Positions 1 to 13,010 are shown, counted from the stretch's first letter. The stretch: 64,000 bases of DNA from Octopus vulgaris (GCA_951406725.2 OX597838.1:35526001-35590000); one strand, 5' to 3'. Numbers and translations: made by a program. Notes: a model not told the origin generated them from the sequence alone.

Positions 1-660
1 GAAGGGGAGTATTTTGAATAAAATAATAATTAACTGATCCTCCTGTATTTTCTTTTACTCAAAGCCAGGAACTTTTCAGCACCCACCTTGAATGTATGAT
101 AATCTGAAGACTGTTACATAGCTAAGTCAAGTGAATATAATATCTGATTTCTTTGTAAATTCTAATGTTATCTTTGAGTGAGTGAGTACTCTTTGATGAA
201 TAAAGGATACAAAGGAGAATTAGATGTAACATAATCAGAAAATCTCACTAATTTGGAATCAAATGTGTAAATATTTAATAATAAGCCAAAAACTGCCTGG
301 AAGGCAGCATTCCTGCTAATGCAGAGAATGAATAGACATATTTTAATGTGTGCATATTATTCCTTGGAATTTTTTTTCTTAAATACAATTATGGGTTTTT
401 TTTTTGTTTTTTTACCTATTTTCAGAGATGTGTATATTCTCTTTGTAGAGCAGTTTCATTTAACATCTAATTTCAGTCCATCTGTCACCAATGATTCTAT
501 CACTGATATTTTGAGCTGAATTGATTTCCAAGTTGAGTTTGTTGTACAGTGTATGACATCTAGAAGATTCTCTGAATGTTGAGCTTGTAAAACGTTCTTA
601 TTTGAGATATTAGCATGAATTTAGAGACACCATAATGCAGAAAATTATTTTTATAATCAT

Positions 661-826
661 AGGCGCAGGAGTGGCTGTGTGGTAAGTAGCTTGCTTACCA
701 ACCACATGGTTCCAGGTTCAGTCCCACTGCGTGGCACCTTGGGCAAGTGTCTTCTACTATAGTCTCGGGCTGACTAAAGCCTTGTGAGTGGATTTGGTAG
801 ACAGAAACTGAAAGAAGCCCGTCGTA

Positions 827-864
<38 letters not shown>

Positions 865-1086
865 CGTGTGTGTTTGTGTGTCTGTGTTTGTCCCCCTAGC
901 ATTGCTTGACAACCGATGCTGGTGTGTTTATGTCCCCGTCACTTAGCGGTACGACAAAAGAGACCAATAGAATAAGTACTGGGCTTACAAAGAATAAGTC
1001 CTGGGTCGAGTTGCTCAATTAAAGGTGGTGCTCCAGCATGGCCGCAGTCAAATGACTGAAACAAGTAAAAGAGTAAAAGAGAGAGA
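661..1086 (+). mobile_element. tRNA-derived SINE family A, full-length copy
   Basis: A-box-like TGGCTGTGTGG and B-box-like GGTTCAGTCCC head, CORE-like CCTTGGGCAAG, internal (TA)n/(TG)n tract, tail CCAGCATGGCCGCAGTCAAATGACTGAAAC followed by (AGTAAAAG)n; about 25 near-identical copies in the window. Confidence 0.92.
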
Positions 1087-1189
1087 GTATCCTGTGAATG
1101 TTGTTCGACTTATTTTGTACTGCAGCGTTCCTATATTACATAGTTTGTATGAAGCAGAGCAAACTCGCAGTCATAGCAGATACCGGTGT

Positions 1190-1393
1190 CACACAAATGG
1201 CAACCGTGCCGGTGGCATATAAAAGCACCCATTACACTCTCAAAGTTGTTGGTGTTAAGAAGGGCATCCAGCCATAGAAAACCATGCCAAATCAAACTGG
1301 AGTCCGGTACAACCTTCCAGCTTACCAGCTCCAGTCAAACTGTCCAACCCCTGCCAGCATGGGCAACAGGCATTAAATGATGATGATGATGAT
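1190..1393 (+). mobile_element. Retroposon family C (GAT-tailed), short copy
   Basis: GTGCCGGTGGCATATAAAAGCACCC...AAGGGCATCCAGCC...CCAGCATGG then (GAT)n tail; matches copies at 32640, 38272, 49886, 57359. Confidence 0.75.
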
Positions 1394-1397
1394 GTAT

Positions 1398-1810
1398 AGG
1401 CGCAGGAGTGGCTGTGTGGTAAGTAGCTTGCTAACCAACCACATGGTTCCGGGTTCAGTCCCACTGCATGGCACCTTGGGCAAGTGTCTTCTACTATAGC
1501 CCCGGGCTGACCAATGCCTTGTGAGTGGATTTGGTAGACGGAAACTGAAAGAAGCCTGTCGTGTATATGTATATATATATATATGTGTATGTGTTTGTGT
1601 TTCTGTGTTTGTCCCCCTAGCATTGCTTGACAACCGACGCTGGTGTGTTTACATCCCCGTCACTTAGCGGTTCGGCAAAAGAGACAGATAGAATAAGTAC
1701 TGGGCTTACAAAGAATAAGTCCCGGGGTCAATTTGCTCGACTAAAGGCGGTGCTCCAGCATGGCCGCAGTCAAATGACTGAAACAAGTAAATGAGTAAAA
1801 AGAGTAAGAG
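1398..1810 (+). mobile_element. SINE family A
   Basis: Full-length match to 661-1086. Confidence 0.92.
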
Positions 1811-1844
1811 TATGTATCTGCTTATAACTCATTGCATAATCAAA

Positions 1845-2040
1845 GTTTAGATTACTTTGTCAAATGTAATACTTATTTATTCCCATTGTTTTCGTTTTGA
1901 ATGAATCATTCATTATCTTGTAGTTTCAAGATTTTGATGATGTGATTGTTTATTTTTTGAATGACATTATAGACACCTTGAACATAAAACAGGTAGAATA
2001 TTTGGGCCAGGTATGGCTGGTTTAAATGCTGAAGGGTTGA
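1845..2040 (+). mobile_element. piggyBac-like MITE, partial
   Basis: Matches 55894-56100; ends TTTAAATGCTGAAGGG-TTGA. Confidence 0.55.
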
Positions 2041-2079
2041 AGGTAGTGTCAGATAGAGACACCTTCTTTGTCAGTAAAG

Positions 2080-2296
2080 CTCTTTTACTCTTTTACTTAT
2101 TTCAGTCATTTGACTGCGGCCATGCTGGAGCACCGCCTTTAATCGAGCAAATCGACCCAGGACTTATTCTTTGTAAGCCCAGTACTTATTCTATCGGTCT
2201 CTTTTGCCGAACCGCTAAGTGACGGGGACGTAAACACACCAGCATCGGTTGTCAAGCAATGCTAGGAGGACAAACCCAGACACACAAACACACACA

Positions 2297-2336
<40 letters not shown>

Positions 2337-2486
2337 TACGACAGGCTTCTTTCAGTTTCTGTCTACCAAATCCACTCACAAGGCATTGGTTGGCCCGGGG
2401 CTATAGCAGAAGACACTTGCCCAAGATGCCATGCAGTGGGACTGAACCCAGAACCATGTGGCTGGTAAGCAAGCTACTTACCACAC
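2080..2486 (-). mobile_element. SINE family A
   Basis: Reverse-complement match to 661-1086. Confidence 0.92.
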
Positions 2487-2589
2487 TTATATCAAACTTT
2501 ACTATACTCACTAAATCAGTGCAGTAACTTTTAAGTAAGCAATAAGAAATTCATTGAAATCTTGTAAAGGAAATGACAGGATAATAATA

Positions 2590-2782
2590 ATCCTTTCTAC
2601 TATAGGCACAAGTCCTGAAATTTTGGAGGAGGGAACTAGCTGATTACATCAACCCCAGTGTGTGACTGGTACTTACTTTATCAACCCTGAAAGGATGAAA
2701 GTCAAAATCGACCTTGGTGGAATTTGAACTCAGAACTTAGCAAAAGGCAAAATACTGCTAAGCATTTCATACAGCATGCTGC
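2590..2782 (-). mobile_element. SINE family B, diverged
   Basis: Reverse complement of GAGTTCAAATTCC B-box and of the CTTTCATCCTTTCAGGGTTGATAAA...GTACCAG central block. Confidence 0.8.
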
Positions 2783-2969
2783 CTTCCAGGATAATAATAA
2801 TACCGATGGGGTACATGTTTATGACTGGTACTTTACCACAAAAATGGGCTGTGGAATTTCCATGAGTACTGCTAGTTTGCTTAAAATGTCTTCATAACCA
2901 ATATCATAACAGAATGACTAATGTGCAGTAAACAGATATCTAATTAAATGATTAATAATAATAATAATA

Positions 2970-3220
2970 ATACCATCCCTGCAAGAAGTGCAAAAGATTG
3001 TCTTAACTGGTACATCACACGTATTGAGAAGAGCGTTGTCGATGTGAGAACTATTACTACCCATGTATTTTAATTTAACTTTAAAAATAAAAAAATGAAC
3101 GAACTAGTGAGTTAGTTTAATGGCCTACCAATGTATACTATGAGTTTCTTTGCCCTAGGAGTCGGGAAGACACTCGGCAAGAAATGGAAGCAAATTTGAA
3201 AGAAGAAGAAAAAAAAAGAT
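2970..3220 (+). mobile_element. 3' end of an R4/Dong-like (RLE) non-LTR retrotransposon inside (TAA)n
   Basis: 2970-3047 translates IPSLQEVQKIVLTGTSHVLRRALSM*, resembling the Q-K-x-V-L-x-G-T-x-H-(I/V)-L-R C-terminus of R4/Dong elements; A-rich end; (AAT)n on both flanks. Confidence 0.7.
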
Positions 3221-3280
3221 AACAATAATAATAATAATAATAATAACAATTATTATTATTATTATTGTTGTTTTTTCAAA

Positions 3281-3634
3281 TGATGGCACAAGGTCAGGAA
3301 TTTTAAGGGAAGGGGTAAGTTGATACCACTGACCCGAGTTCTCTGTAGTTACTTACTTTATCAACCCCAAAATGATGAAAGGAAAAGTTGACTGACCTCA
3401 GTGGCATTTGAATTCAGAATGTAAAGAACTAGAAGAAATACTGCTAAGCATTTTATCCAAGCATGGTAATGATTCTACCAACAATAACAACAATAATAAT
3501 AATTTCTGCAATAAGCACAATGCCAGAAATTTGCTGGGAGGGGTTAGCTAATTACAACAACCCCAGCGCTCAGCTGGTACTTCATCAATGCCGAAAGAAA
3601 GAAGGATAAAGTGCAGAGTCAGCCTCGGCAGAAT
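3281..3634 (-). mobile_element. Two degraded SINE family B copies
   Basis: Diverged matches to family B at about 3281-3480 and 3503-3634. Confidence 0.65.
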
Positions 3635-3651
3635 GTATATTAATAATAATG

Positions 3652-4045
3652 TCTATATATATAAAGCTGAAGTTGTCTGTGTGTGGCAGGTTTGGAACCC
3701 TTCAACTAACACTATCTCCTCCGAGATCCTGCGGTGCAAGTTGACCAAAATTGAAAGTATGATAGAAGAAGGCTTGCTCTTCATACCATAGAAGATAAAA
3801 TTCAAATTGAACCATTTTAACACCAAAAATTATTTATATCAAAAAGGTGCTTTTTTTCTATGAAAATCCCTATTTTTTACGATTTTTTGACTGCTGTATC
3901 GCCATTTTTCGATGTATTTCAACCAGAAAAAATGTTCACTTAAAGAGAATAACAAGCTACATAATGCAAAATTTTTACTTTTCAAAAATTCCAATTCTAA
4001 AAAGGGGTCAAAACAAGCCCAAGCAATGTCGGGTGATACTGCTAG
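3652..4045 (+). mobile_element. Non-autonomous Helitron
   Basis: 5' TCTATATATATAAAG; 3' CCCAAGCAATGTCGGG hairpin followed by CTAG|T; 3' end shared with 17225-17623 and 50938-51243. Confidence 0.8.
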
Positions 4046-4164
4046 TAATTAATATTATTATAATAGTGTGGATTTGGTAGATGGAAACTGTGTGGTTGCC
4101 TATTGTCCATGCACACACACACAGGTGCATTTTATGGCTACCAGTACTACCCAGTGCTCTACAG

Positions 4165-4383
4165 CAGTGGTTTTCAACCAGGGTTACTCGGAACCTTAGG
4201 GTTCCGCCAGTACAGTCCAGGGGTTCCGCAAGAAGTTACAAAACTGCTAAAATCAGCAGTAATTTTTAATTCTCCTGTGCAGATATGTGTGCATAAGACT
4301 ATTAAATTATTGCACAGGGGTTCCTCGAGCCAGTGGAATGTTTCCTTGGGGTTCCGCTCCAGCAAAAAGTTTGAAAAGTACTG
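4165..4383 (+). mobile_element. hAT (Charlie-like) MITE, 219 bp
   Basis: TIRs CAGTGGTTTTCAA / TTGAAAAGTACTG; perfect 8-bp TSD CTCTACAG (4157-4164 and 4384-4391); three copies in the window. Confidence 0.92.
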
Positions 4384-5893
4384 CTCTACAGACTGAGGTT
4401 AGGGTAGGAACAACTGCGAGACGATCTGGTTTCTAACAGCAGATCCAGCCACCACTTAAAGAAGCCTACATTAGCTCTTGAGGGTGTTTTAGTCAAGGAC
4501 AGCAGTTCAAACCCATGAAGAGGCATGTGGATGAAGGTTAGGTTAGGCTAAGCTGGGCAAGCCTAAGTCAGGAATCAGATGGTCACATTAAAACCACCAC
4601 TGCACTCTGCTACTACATCTCACTATTTATGGTAAGGAAGAAAAGGAAAGAAGGAGAAGTGCGAGGGAGGAAGGGAGGGGAGATGGGGGTGGGTGTAAGA
4701 CTCTCGTTACACTGAACTTAAGAATGAGAGGAAATGAGGTGAGATTGATGAATGTGGGAATATGATCCTCAAAGACAAATATGGATGGACAAAAGTGGAC
4801 AGGTCGGACTTCATTAGTATTATTATTATTTTTACTTTGTATCAATATTATTATCGTTAATGTTATTATTATTATTATTGTTATTATTGTTATTAGCATC
4901 GTAATTATCTTTATCGTCATCATCATCATCATTATCTTCATCATTGAGCAGTGGGTTTGTGCAAATGAAATTGGTGGCGAAAACTGGTGTGTGGTCGTGT
5001 GAGCGAGGGAAAAGGTGAAGTGAACATTTGCAAATCATACAATATCAAAAGCTGAGCAAATAAAATTTGCCACGTCAACTGGAGAAATATTGTAGAGCTA
5101 TTTAAAACGAAGATGGATATTAACAGGGAATCTTATCTAATTAAAAGCTGGATTAAATGAAACGAAACGAAGTGGAAGGAAATGAAAGCTGCCTTCAATG
5201 AATCATAATGAACAAGACGAATAGATGAGTATGGATAGATAATCTGGCTATTGATTTTGATAGATAGATTAATTTTGATAGCTTTTTAACTGAAAGCCAT
5301 AGTCAAAGCTGATGCTAGGAACTGATGCTCCGTTCAGTTCAGCTCTCCCTCTCTCTCTCTCTCCCTCTCTCTCTCTCTTTCTCTCTCTCTCTTTTTCTTA
5401 GCTTCTTGCACATTGATGGCTGTTATGACATAAAGGACACAAGCGTGGTCATGTGCTTAAGAAGATTACCTTGCTAGTGTGAGGTTTTAGGCTCAATCCC
5501 ACCTTGCGCAATCAATCATTTGACAGTCGTTTTCTACTATGGCCACGAGTAGAACAAGGTCCTTGTGGGTGAAATTTGGTGAATGAAAACTAAATGGAAT
5601 CTTGTTGGGTGGTGGGCATAATCTATTGGTTGGTTTAGCATCATCACTTTTACTCTTGGGTGCTTTTAGTGGTATCCACACCTCCTTTCATCCCCACTGT
5701 TATGGTATCCCTGACAAGGGTCGAGAACTCTACCTATCCTTCCTTCAGTAGCTTGTTAACTAAAATGGTGAGAAAACAGGTGACGAGCAGTGACGAAAAT
5801 GGTTGTCCACCCATAGAAAATCTGCCTCAACAAATTCTGTCCAACTTATGCAAGCTTGGAAAAGTGAACATTAAATGATGAGGATTAACTAAT

Positions 5894-6293
5894 CTCTTTT
5901 ACTCTTTTACTTGTTTCATTCATTTGACTGCGGCCATGCTGGAGCACCACCTTTTTAGTCAAGCAGATTGACCCCAGGACTTATTCTTTGTAAGCCCAGT
6001 ACTTATTCTATCGGTCTCTTTTGCCAAACCGCTAAGTGACGGGGACGTAAACACACCAGCATCGGTTGTCAAGCAATGCTAGGGGGACAAACACAGACAT
6101 ACATACACATATATATATGTACATATATACGACAGGCTTCTTTCAGTTTCCATCTACCAAATCCATTCACACGGCATTGGTCGGCCCGGGGCTATAGCAG
6201 AAGATACTTGCCCAAGATGCCACGCAGTGGGACTGAACCTGGAACCATGTGGTTGGTTAGCAAGCTACTTACCACACAGCCACTCCTGCGCCT
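5894..6293 (-). mobile_element. SINE family A
   Basis: Full-length reverse-complement match. Confidence 0.92.
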
Positions 6294-6304
6294 ATGTATA
6301 TATG

Positions 6305-6409
<105 letters not shown>

Positions 6410-7133
6410 GGTGTCTAGGTTGTTGTAAGTGCACTTGTACTCTCAGTTGTTGATGTTCAGTATGGTGCATCGTGCCTCTGGAGTGTGCAGATGTATGTAT
6501 ATTTGTGCATACATTTGTGCGTGTGTGTTTACATATATGCATGTGTGTGTGTGTGCATGCATGCATGTAAATTTCTGAAAGTGGATGCACATGCACAAGT
6601 AGTGTATGTGTATTGTTGAGATGAATAAAAGAGAGAGAATATGAATTTGCTATGAAATTTTGTTGTGTGTGTGTATGCATTTATGTATCTTTATGCACGT
6701 GTCTGTGTGTATGTCATAGATGGATGGATGAAGGTAGAGAAAGAGAGAGAGAGAGAAAGAAAGAGACTGGTTTGTTTTTCTTATGTAATATGTCATTGAT
6801 GTATAATTCTGTATGCGTATGTATCCAGTGTGCAATACCCTTAATTTCTGTCTGTGTGTGCATGTGCGTGCGTGCGTGCAAATGGAAAGTTTTACTGTTG
6901 GCATGCGTCTTCACTTATTGTGATCCAAACAGCCTTCTAGCCTTCTGTTTTGTTGCTCTTAAAACTCTTCAAGCTCTAAAAACATATAGAGCACTCTAAA
7001 CACAAAGAAAGGAAGATGATGATGATGATGATGATGACGATGAGAACAATGTTGCTGATGATGAGGATGATGCTTCTCCACTTCATCGCATTGTCAACAT
7101 CTTTTCATCATTTATGTATCCCATCAACACCTT

Positions 7134-7164
<31 letters not shown>

Positions 7165-7254
7165 GTCATCATCATACCTCTTCAGGAACAATTTAAAACC
7201 CTCCCCATTTAAAATAAAAAAACAAATCTAGATATTTTAATTTTTGTGTCTTCA

Positions 7255-7256
7255 TG

Positions 7257-7310
<54 letters not shown>

Positions 7311-7426
7311 TATATATATATATAAGCACAAATACATTCAATTATGTTTGTGTGTATATATACACATACATACATGCACATAGTCATGTGTATGCGTATA
7401 TGCATACATACACACGTGTGTGTGTG

Positions 7427-7463
<37 letters not shown>

Positions 7464-7730
7464 AATAAAATATAAATACATACATATATACATATATTTA
7501 TATATGTGTGTATGTATATATATATATATACACATACACACATATATAAATATATGTATATATGTATGTATTTATATTTTGTTTATATATATGTATAAAT
7601 AAAATATAAATACATACATATATACATATATTTATATATGTGTGTATGTGTGTATATATATATATATACAAACACACACACATACATATACATATACATG
7701 CATACACACAGGCACACATACAAGCATGTT
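7255..7730. repeat. Compound (TA)n/(CA)n/(TATG)n microsatellite
   Basis: Directly visible low-complexity dinucleotide tract. Confidence 0.9.
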
Positions 7731-7777
7731 TGGATGTACAAATAGGAGAAAGGGTACTCAACGTATCTAACACATGC

Positions 7778-7877
7778 NNNNNNNNNNNNNNNNNNNNNNN
7801 NNNNNNNNNNNNNNNNNNNNNNNNNNNNNNNNNNNNNNNNNNNNNNNNNNNNNNNNNNNNNNNNNNNNNNNNNNNNN
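7778..7877. other. Assembly gap (100 N)
   Basis: Run of exactly 100 N; true distance unknown. Confidence 0.99.
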
Positions 7878-9204
7878 GAGTAAGAGTCTGCTTTAAGAGT
7901 CTAAGAATAACATCTGTCTTTGCTTCACAGTCTTCGAGGTTCTGAATAGGATCAAGAGTGATGATTTTTTCCTTATTGAGCTTAAGAAAAAAAAATTGTC
8001 TATGCCTGAAACTAAAAAGTTTATATGGTCATGGCTTGAATGACTTTGGTTATAGCCGTCTCTTTGTTATTTTGTTGATTAACAGGGATGGGAGGTTGCC
8101 AGCCATTTATAGACTTGCTCATTGGTCATCAGACTCTTTGGCCTCTTATCTGCTACTGTGTCTGCTTTTGTCTGTTTGATAATCACAATACCACTAAATA
8201 AAATGTTAAAAACCCCGAAGAGAGTGAGAGAGAGAGAGAAAAAAAAGAAACATTAATGATAGATTTGTTTAATTTCTTGCCCCCTACCCCTTTCTCTCTC
8301 TCTCGAAAGACGGATGGTTTTTGTTAATTTAACCTTTCCTTTCACTTGGAACTAGCACCAAAGTTATGGTGATTAACAACGTGGTGTTTTCGGATTTTCA
8401 TTTTCTGAAGTTTGATTGGCTGGGAATTACAATTTATAGCAGATCATAGATTTTTGTCAATCAAGTTTATCAATAATAAGGCTTCACATTAGACATTGTG
8501 TGTACTTTTATATTAAAGAGGTGATATTAAGCTTGCACCTAATCAAACCAAACCAAACCAGATCCGACCGGCGCAGACTAAATCCGACCTGACCCCCAAC
8601 CCATTCCAGCCAGATCAGATCAGACCAGATCAAGACCCGACTTCAACAGATTGAATAACTAAAGCTAGAAGGTAACTAACAGAAGTGTCAAGAGACGGAG
8701 GTGGAGAGATGGCTGCGGAGGGGAGAGTCTAACAGAGGGAGAGAAAAAGCAGAGCAGCAGGAGAGAGAAAGATTGATTGAGTGAGATGGACATTGAGGCA
8801 GAGCGGGCGGGGCGGGGGTGGTGGGGTGAGACAGGACAGGTCAGGGCAGAGAAGGCAATAAGAGAAGCACTAAGTAGAATGTATTACTTGGTTAACTCAG
8901 TCTTAATTCATACCAACACTGACTGACCATCAACGACGATGATGGCAACCGTAGAGATGTAGATAAAACAGTCCGGCCAGGCAGGCGTTGGAGTGATTAT
9001 ATTGATGATGATTAATGAGGCCTTTCAAGCGCAGCTTCACTTTTGACCAACGAAAGACTTACTTATTAGTATTGTCTAATGAATAACTATTGTGTTAGAT
9101 ATTTTAATTTAGCCAACCTGTCTGACAAGGTAAATATATAGTGGAGTTTTCCCCTTCTTATAAAGCGGTTAGAAAGTGATAATGACAATGATGACGATGA
9201 ACGA

Positions 9205-9785
9205 TAACAGCAACAATAGAAGTAGTAGTAGTAGTAGTAGTAACAACAACAACAATAGTAGTTGTAGTAGCAGTAGTAGTAGTAATAATGATAATAATAA
9301 TAACAACAAAAGTAGTAGTAGTAATAACAACAACAATAGTAGTTATAGTAGTAGTAGTAGTAATAATGATAACAACAAAAGTAGTAGTAGTAATAACAAC
9401 AACAATAGTAGTTGTAGTAGCAGTCATAGTAGTAATAATGATAACAATAATAACAACAAAAGTAGTAGTAATAACAACAATAGTAGTTGTAGTAGTAGTA
9501 GTAGTAATGATAATAACAACAAAAGTAGTAGTAATAACAACAACAATAGTAGTTGTAGTAGCAGTAGTAGTAATGATAGTAATAATAACAAAAGGAGTAG
9601 TAGTAATCACAACAATAGTAGTTGTAGTAGTAGTAGTAATGATAGTAATAACAATAGTAGTTGTAGTAATAACAATAACAAAAGTAGTAGTAATAATGAT
9701 AATAATAACAATAGTAGTAGCAGTAGTAATAATGATAATAATAACAACAAAAGTAGTAGTAGTAGTAGTAGTAGTAGTAATAAAA
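9205..9785. repeat. Higher-order trinucleotide minisatellite (AAC/AGT/AAT blocks)
   Basis: Recurring ~60-80-bp unit AACAACAAAAGTAGTAGTA..ATAACAACAATAGTAGTTGTAGTAG..AATGATAA. Confidence 0.85.
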
Positions 9786-9790
9786 ATAAT

Positions 9791-9995
9791 GGTTTCAAAC
9801 TTTGGCACAAGACCAGCAATTTCGAGGGGGGGAATAAGTTGATTATATCAACCCCAGTGTTCAACTGGTACTTATTTTATTGATTGCAAAAGGAGGAAAG
9901 GCTAAGACAACCTTGGCAGAATTTGAACTCAGAGCGTGAAGAGACAGATGAAATGCCACTAAGCATTTTGTTCAGTGCAGTAATAATTCTGCCAG
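9791..9995 (-). mobile_element. SINE family B, diverged
   Basis: Reverse-complement match to family B. Confidence 0.75.
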
Positions 9996-10005
9996 CATGC
10001 TACCT

Positions 10006-10366
<361 letters not shown>

Positions 10367-10937
10367 GAATACCCTGATGCACTACCAAGCAGTGGCCTCA
10401 TGGCTTCTGATCTTAACTGATTGGAAGTGTTATCATGTACATTGTTTTGTCTTGGTATAAAAGATGGGCTACAGCAAATATTCTGCTCAATACCATAGAT
10501 TTGCTTGTCAGTTGTTTGACCTTAACCAGTTGAGCATGTCCCTTAGTGGCTGACGATATGTGCATCTCTGATCATGAGCAGAAGTAGTGGGGGAGCATCA
10601 TAGCTGTGTGTTGAGAGGGATTCTTTGGGGTTTGAATAATTCACCTTTGGAAACATGGGTGGTTCGTTCAACATCCTTAAACAACCCTTATTCAGGGATC
10701 TTTTGAGCGGGATGGGCTATTCGACCAGAAGAAAATTCCAACTGGGCCCCACCTGCAAGGTCATGCACTGTTTATCTTGATATGAGATCACCATGTTGCG
10801 CACATATGGTTGTGATGCATGTGCCTGGTGTAACCTTATCAGTCATTATGGGTGTACTGGGCATTGTATATTTTACCCCAGTGTCACTTCGATGGCATGC
10901 ACTTCTCTCACTCAATAATAATAATAATAACAACAAC
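10367..10937 (+). mobile_element. Probable retroposon 3' UTR or non-autonomous element with (AAT)n tail
   Basis: About 550-bp complex segment between trinucleotide tracts ending CTCTCACTC(AAT)n; no second copy in the window, so the call is inferential. Confidence 0.4.
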
Positions 10938-10971
10938 AGTTTTTTTTTTTTATTTGCTGCAAGGATCCATC

Positions 10972-11378
10972 CAGGCGCAGGAGTGGCTGTGTGGTAAGTA
11001 GCTTGTTTACCAACTACATGGTTCCGGGTTCAGTCCCACTGTGTGGCACCTTGGGCAAGCGTCTTCTACTATAGCCTCGGGCCAACCAAAGCCTTGTGTG
11101 TGGATTTGGTAGACGGAAACTGAAAGAAGCCCGTCGTATATATGTATATGTATATATGTGTGTGCGTGTGTGTGTTTGTGTGTCTGTGTTTGTCCCCCTA
11201 GCATTGCTTGACAACTGATGCTGGTGTGTTTATGTCCCCGTTACTTAGTGGTTCGGCAAAAAGACCGATAGAATAAGTATTGGGCTTGCAAAAGAATAAG
11301 TTCCGGGGTAAAGTTGCTCGATTAAAGGTGGTGCTCCAGCATGGCTACAGTCAAATAACTGAAACGAGAGTAAAAGAG
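10972..11378 (+). mobile_element. SINE family A
   Basis: Full-length match. Confidence 0.92.
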
Positions 11379-11496
11379 TATCCATTCACACACAAAAAAA
11401 ACATGTTCTAAGGTGATAAGTTGTGGAGGATGTTCATGTAGAGTTACATGAAAAAAGGAGGGTGAGGAAAAAATGTTGTATATTTTAAGATACATT

Positions 11497-11710
11497 GGTT
11501 TCCAATTCTGGCACGAGGCCAGCAATTTCAGGAGTAGGTGTAAACCAATTGCATTGACACCAGTGCACAACTGGTGCTTAATTTAATGACCCCGAAAAGA
11601 TGAAAAGCAAAGTCAAACTTGGCAACATTTGAAGTCAGAACATAAAGTCAGAAGAAATGACACAAAGCATTTTCTCTGACGTGGTAATGGTTCTGACAGC
11701 TTTCTGCCCT
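11497..11710 (-). mobile_element. SINE family B, diverged
   Basis: Reverse-complement match to family B. Confidence 0.7.
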
Positions 11711-12359
11711 TATATATATACATATATTAACATATATTAACATATATTAACATGTATTTAAAACAGGTAGATTACACAAATAATTGCACAATAAATATAA
11801 ACCCTTAAAGGGTTTTTTAGTCAAAGAAACCGACTAGATATGGCCGGTTTAAATGCTAAAAGGTTAATGAAAGGTGTGTACAAGTGGTGAAACTGGTATA
11901 TGTGAGATGGCTTCTTTTTGAATTCTGAATAGAGATTGCACTCAGGAGATAGTAAAATGTGACCAGGTTTGAAGGGTAGACTAAGTCTTGTGATACCTTG
12001 ATTTTCCTAGATGGTGGCTTCTCATCCCTTAAATGAAAATTATCTCTCTAATCTAAATGATGACTTGCATATTTATTAGTAATATGTTCTGGCAGCAATT
12101 AGCAATTTAATGTTTGAATTGACCGCAACGTATTAATAAATACGCAAGTCATCGTTTTGATTATCACTGTTCACTGTGCATATAATGATTTATTATCATT
12201 TGGCAGATATCAGTACAGATCAGAAAACAAACTGTTTGCTGAAGTTATAAACAAGAGCACAGCCCTTGTTAAAATTCATCAATCTTGGGTTGCCTCTCGC
12301 TGATAAGACACAATGTTGTTAAAACCCCAAATGTCCCAGAGTCCTTTGCACTAATGAGT

Positions 12360-12714
12360 TACTCTTTTACTTGTTTCAGTCATTTGACTGCGGACATGCT
12401 GGAGCAAATCGACCCCGGGACTTGTTCTTTGTAAGCCCAGTACTTATTCTATCGGTCTCTTTTGCTGAACCGCTAAGTGACGGGGACGTAAACACACCAG
12501 CATTGGTTGTCAAGCAATGCTAGGGGGACAAACACAAACACACACACACATATATATATATACATATATACGACAGGCTTCTTTCAGTTTCCGTCTACCA
12601 AATCCACTCACAAGGCATTGGTCGACACTTGCCCAAGATGCCACGCAGTGGGACTGAACCCAGAACCATGTGGTTGGTTAGCAAGCTACTTACCACACAG
12701 CCACTCCTGCGCCT
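12360..12714 (-). mobile_element. SINE family A with small internal deletions
   Basis: Reverse-complement match. Confidence 0.88.
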
Positions 12715-13010
12715 ATTTGAGCATGTTATGATTTAACGTCCGTTTTCCATGCTGGTTTGGGTAGGACTGTTTGATAGGAATTGACCAGTCAGAAGACTAC
12801 ACCAAGCTCTGCTGTCTGTTTAGGTGTGGTTTCTCTGACTGGATGCCATTCCATATTCCAAAAACTTTACAGAGTGTACCAGATGCTTTTTTTTTACATG
12901 GCTCATCTTCATCATAAAGGAGAAATTGTCCTTCTGTAATGAAACACGACATTGATTAGCATCTTCATATTCCAATCTGCTGAAACATATTAAGAATAAA
13001 AGTGCAAAAA

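Noticed and set aside
661-735. tRNA-like sequence at SINE heads
   Set aside because: A and B boxes are present but there is no complete cloverleaf and the sequence continues into the SINE body
1255-1633. Recurring ORFs MLGGQTQT.../MSSNARGTNT...RQASFSFRLPNPLTR
   Set aside because: Antisense translations of SINE family A, repeated at each copy with variable frameshifts
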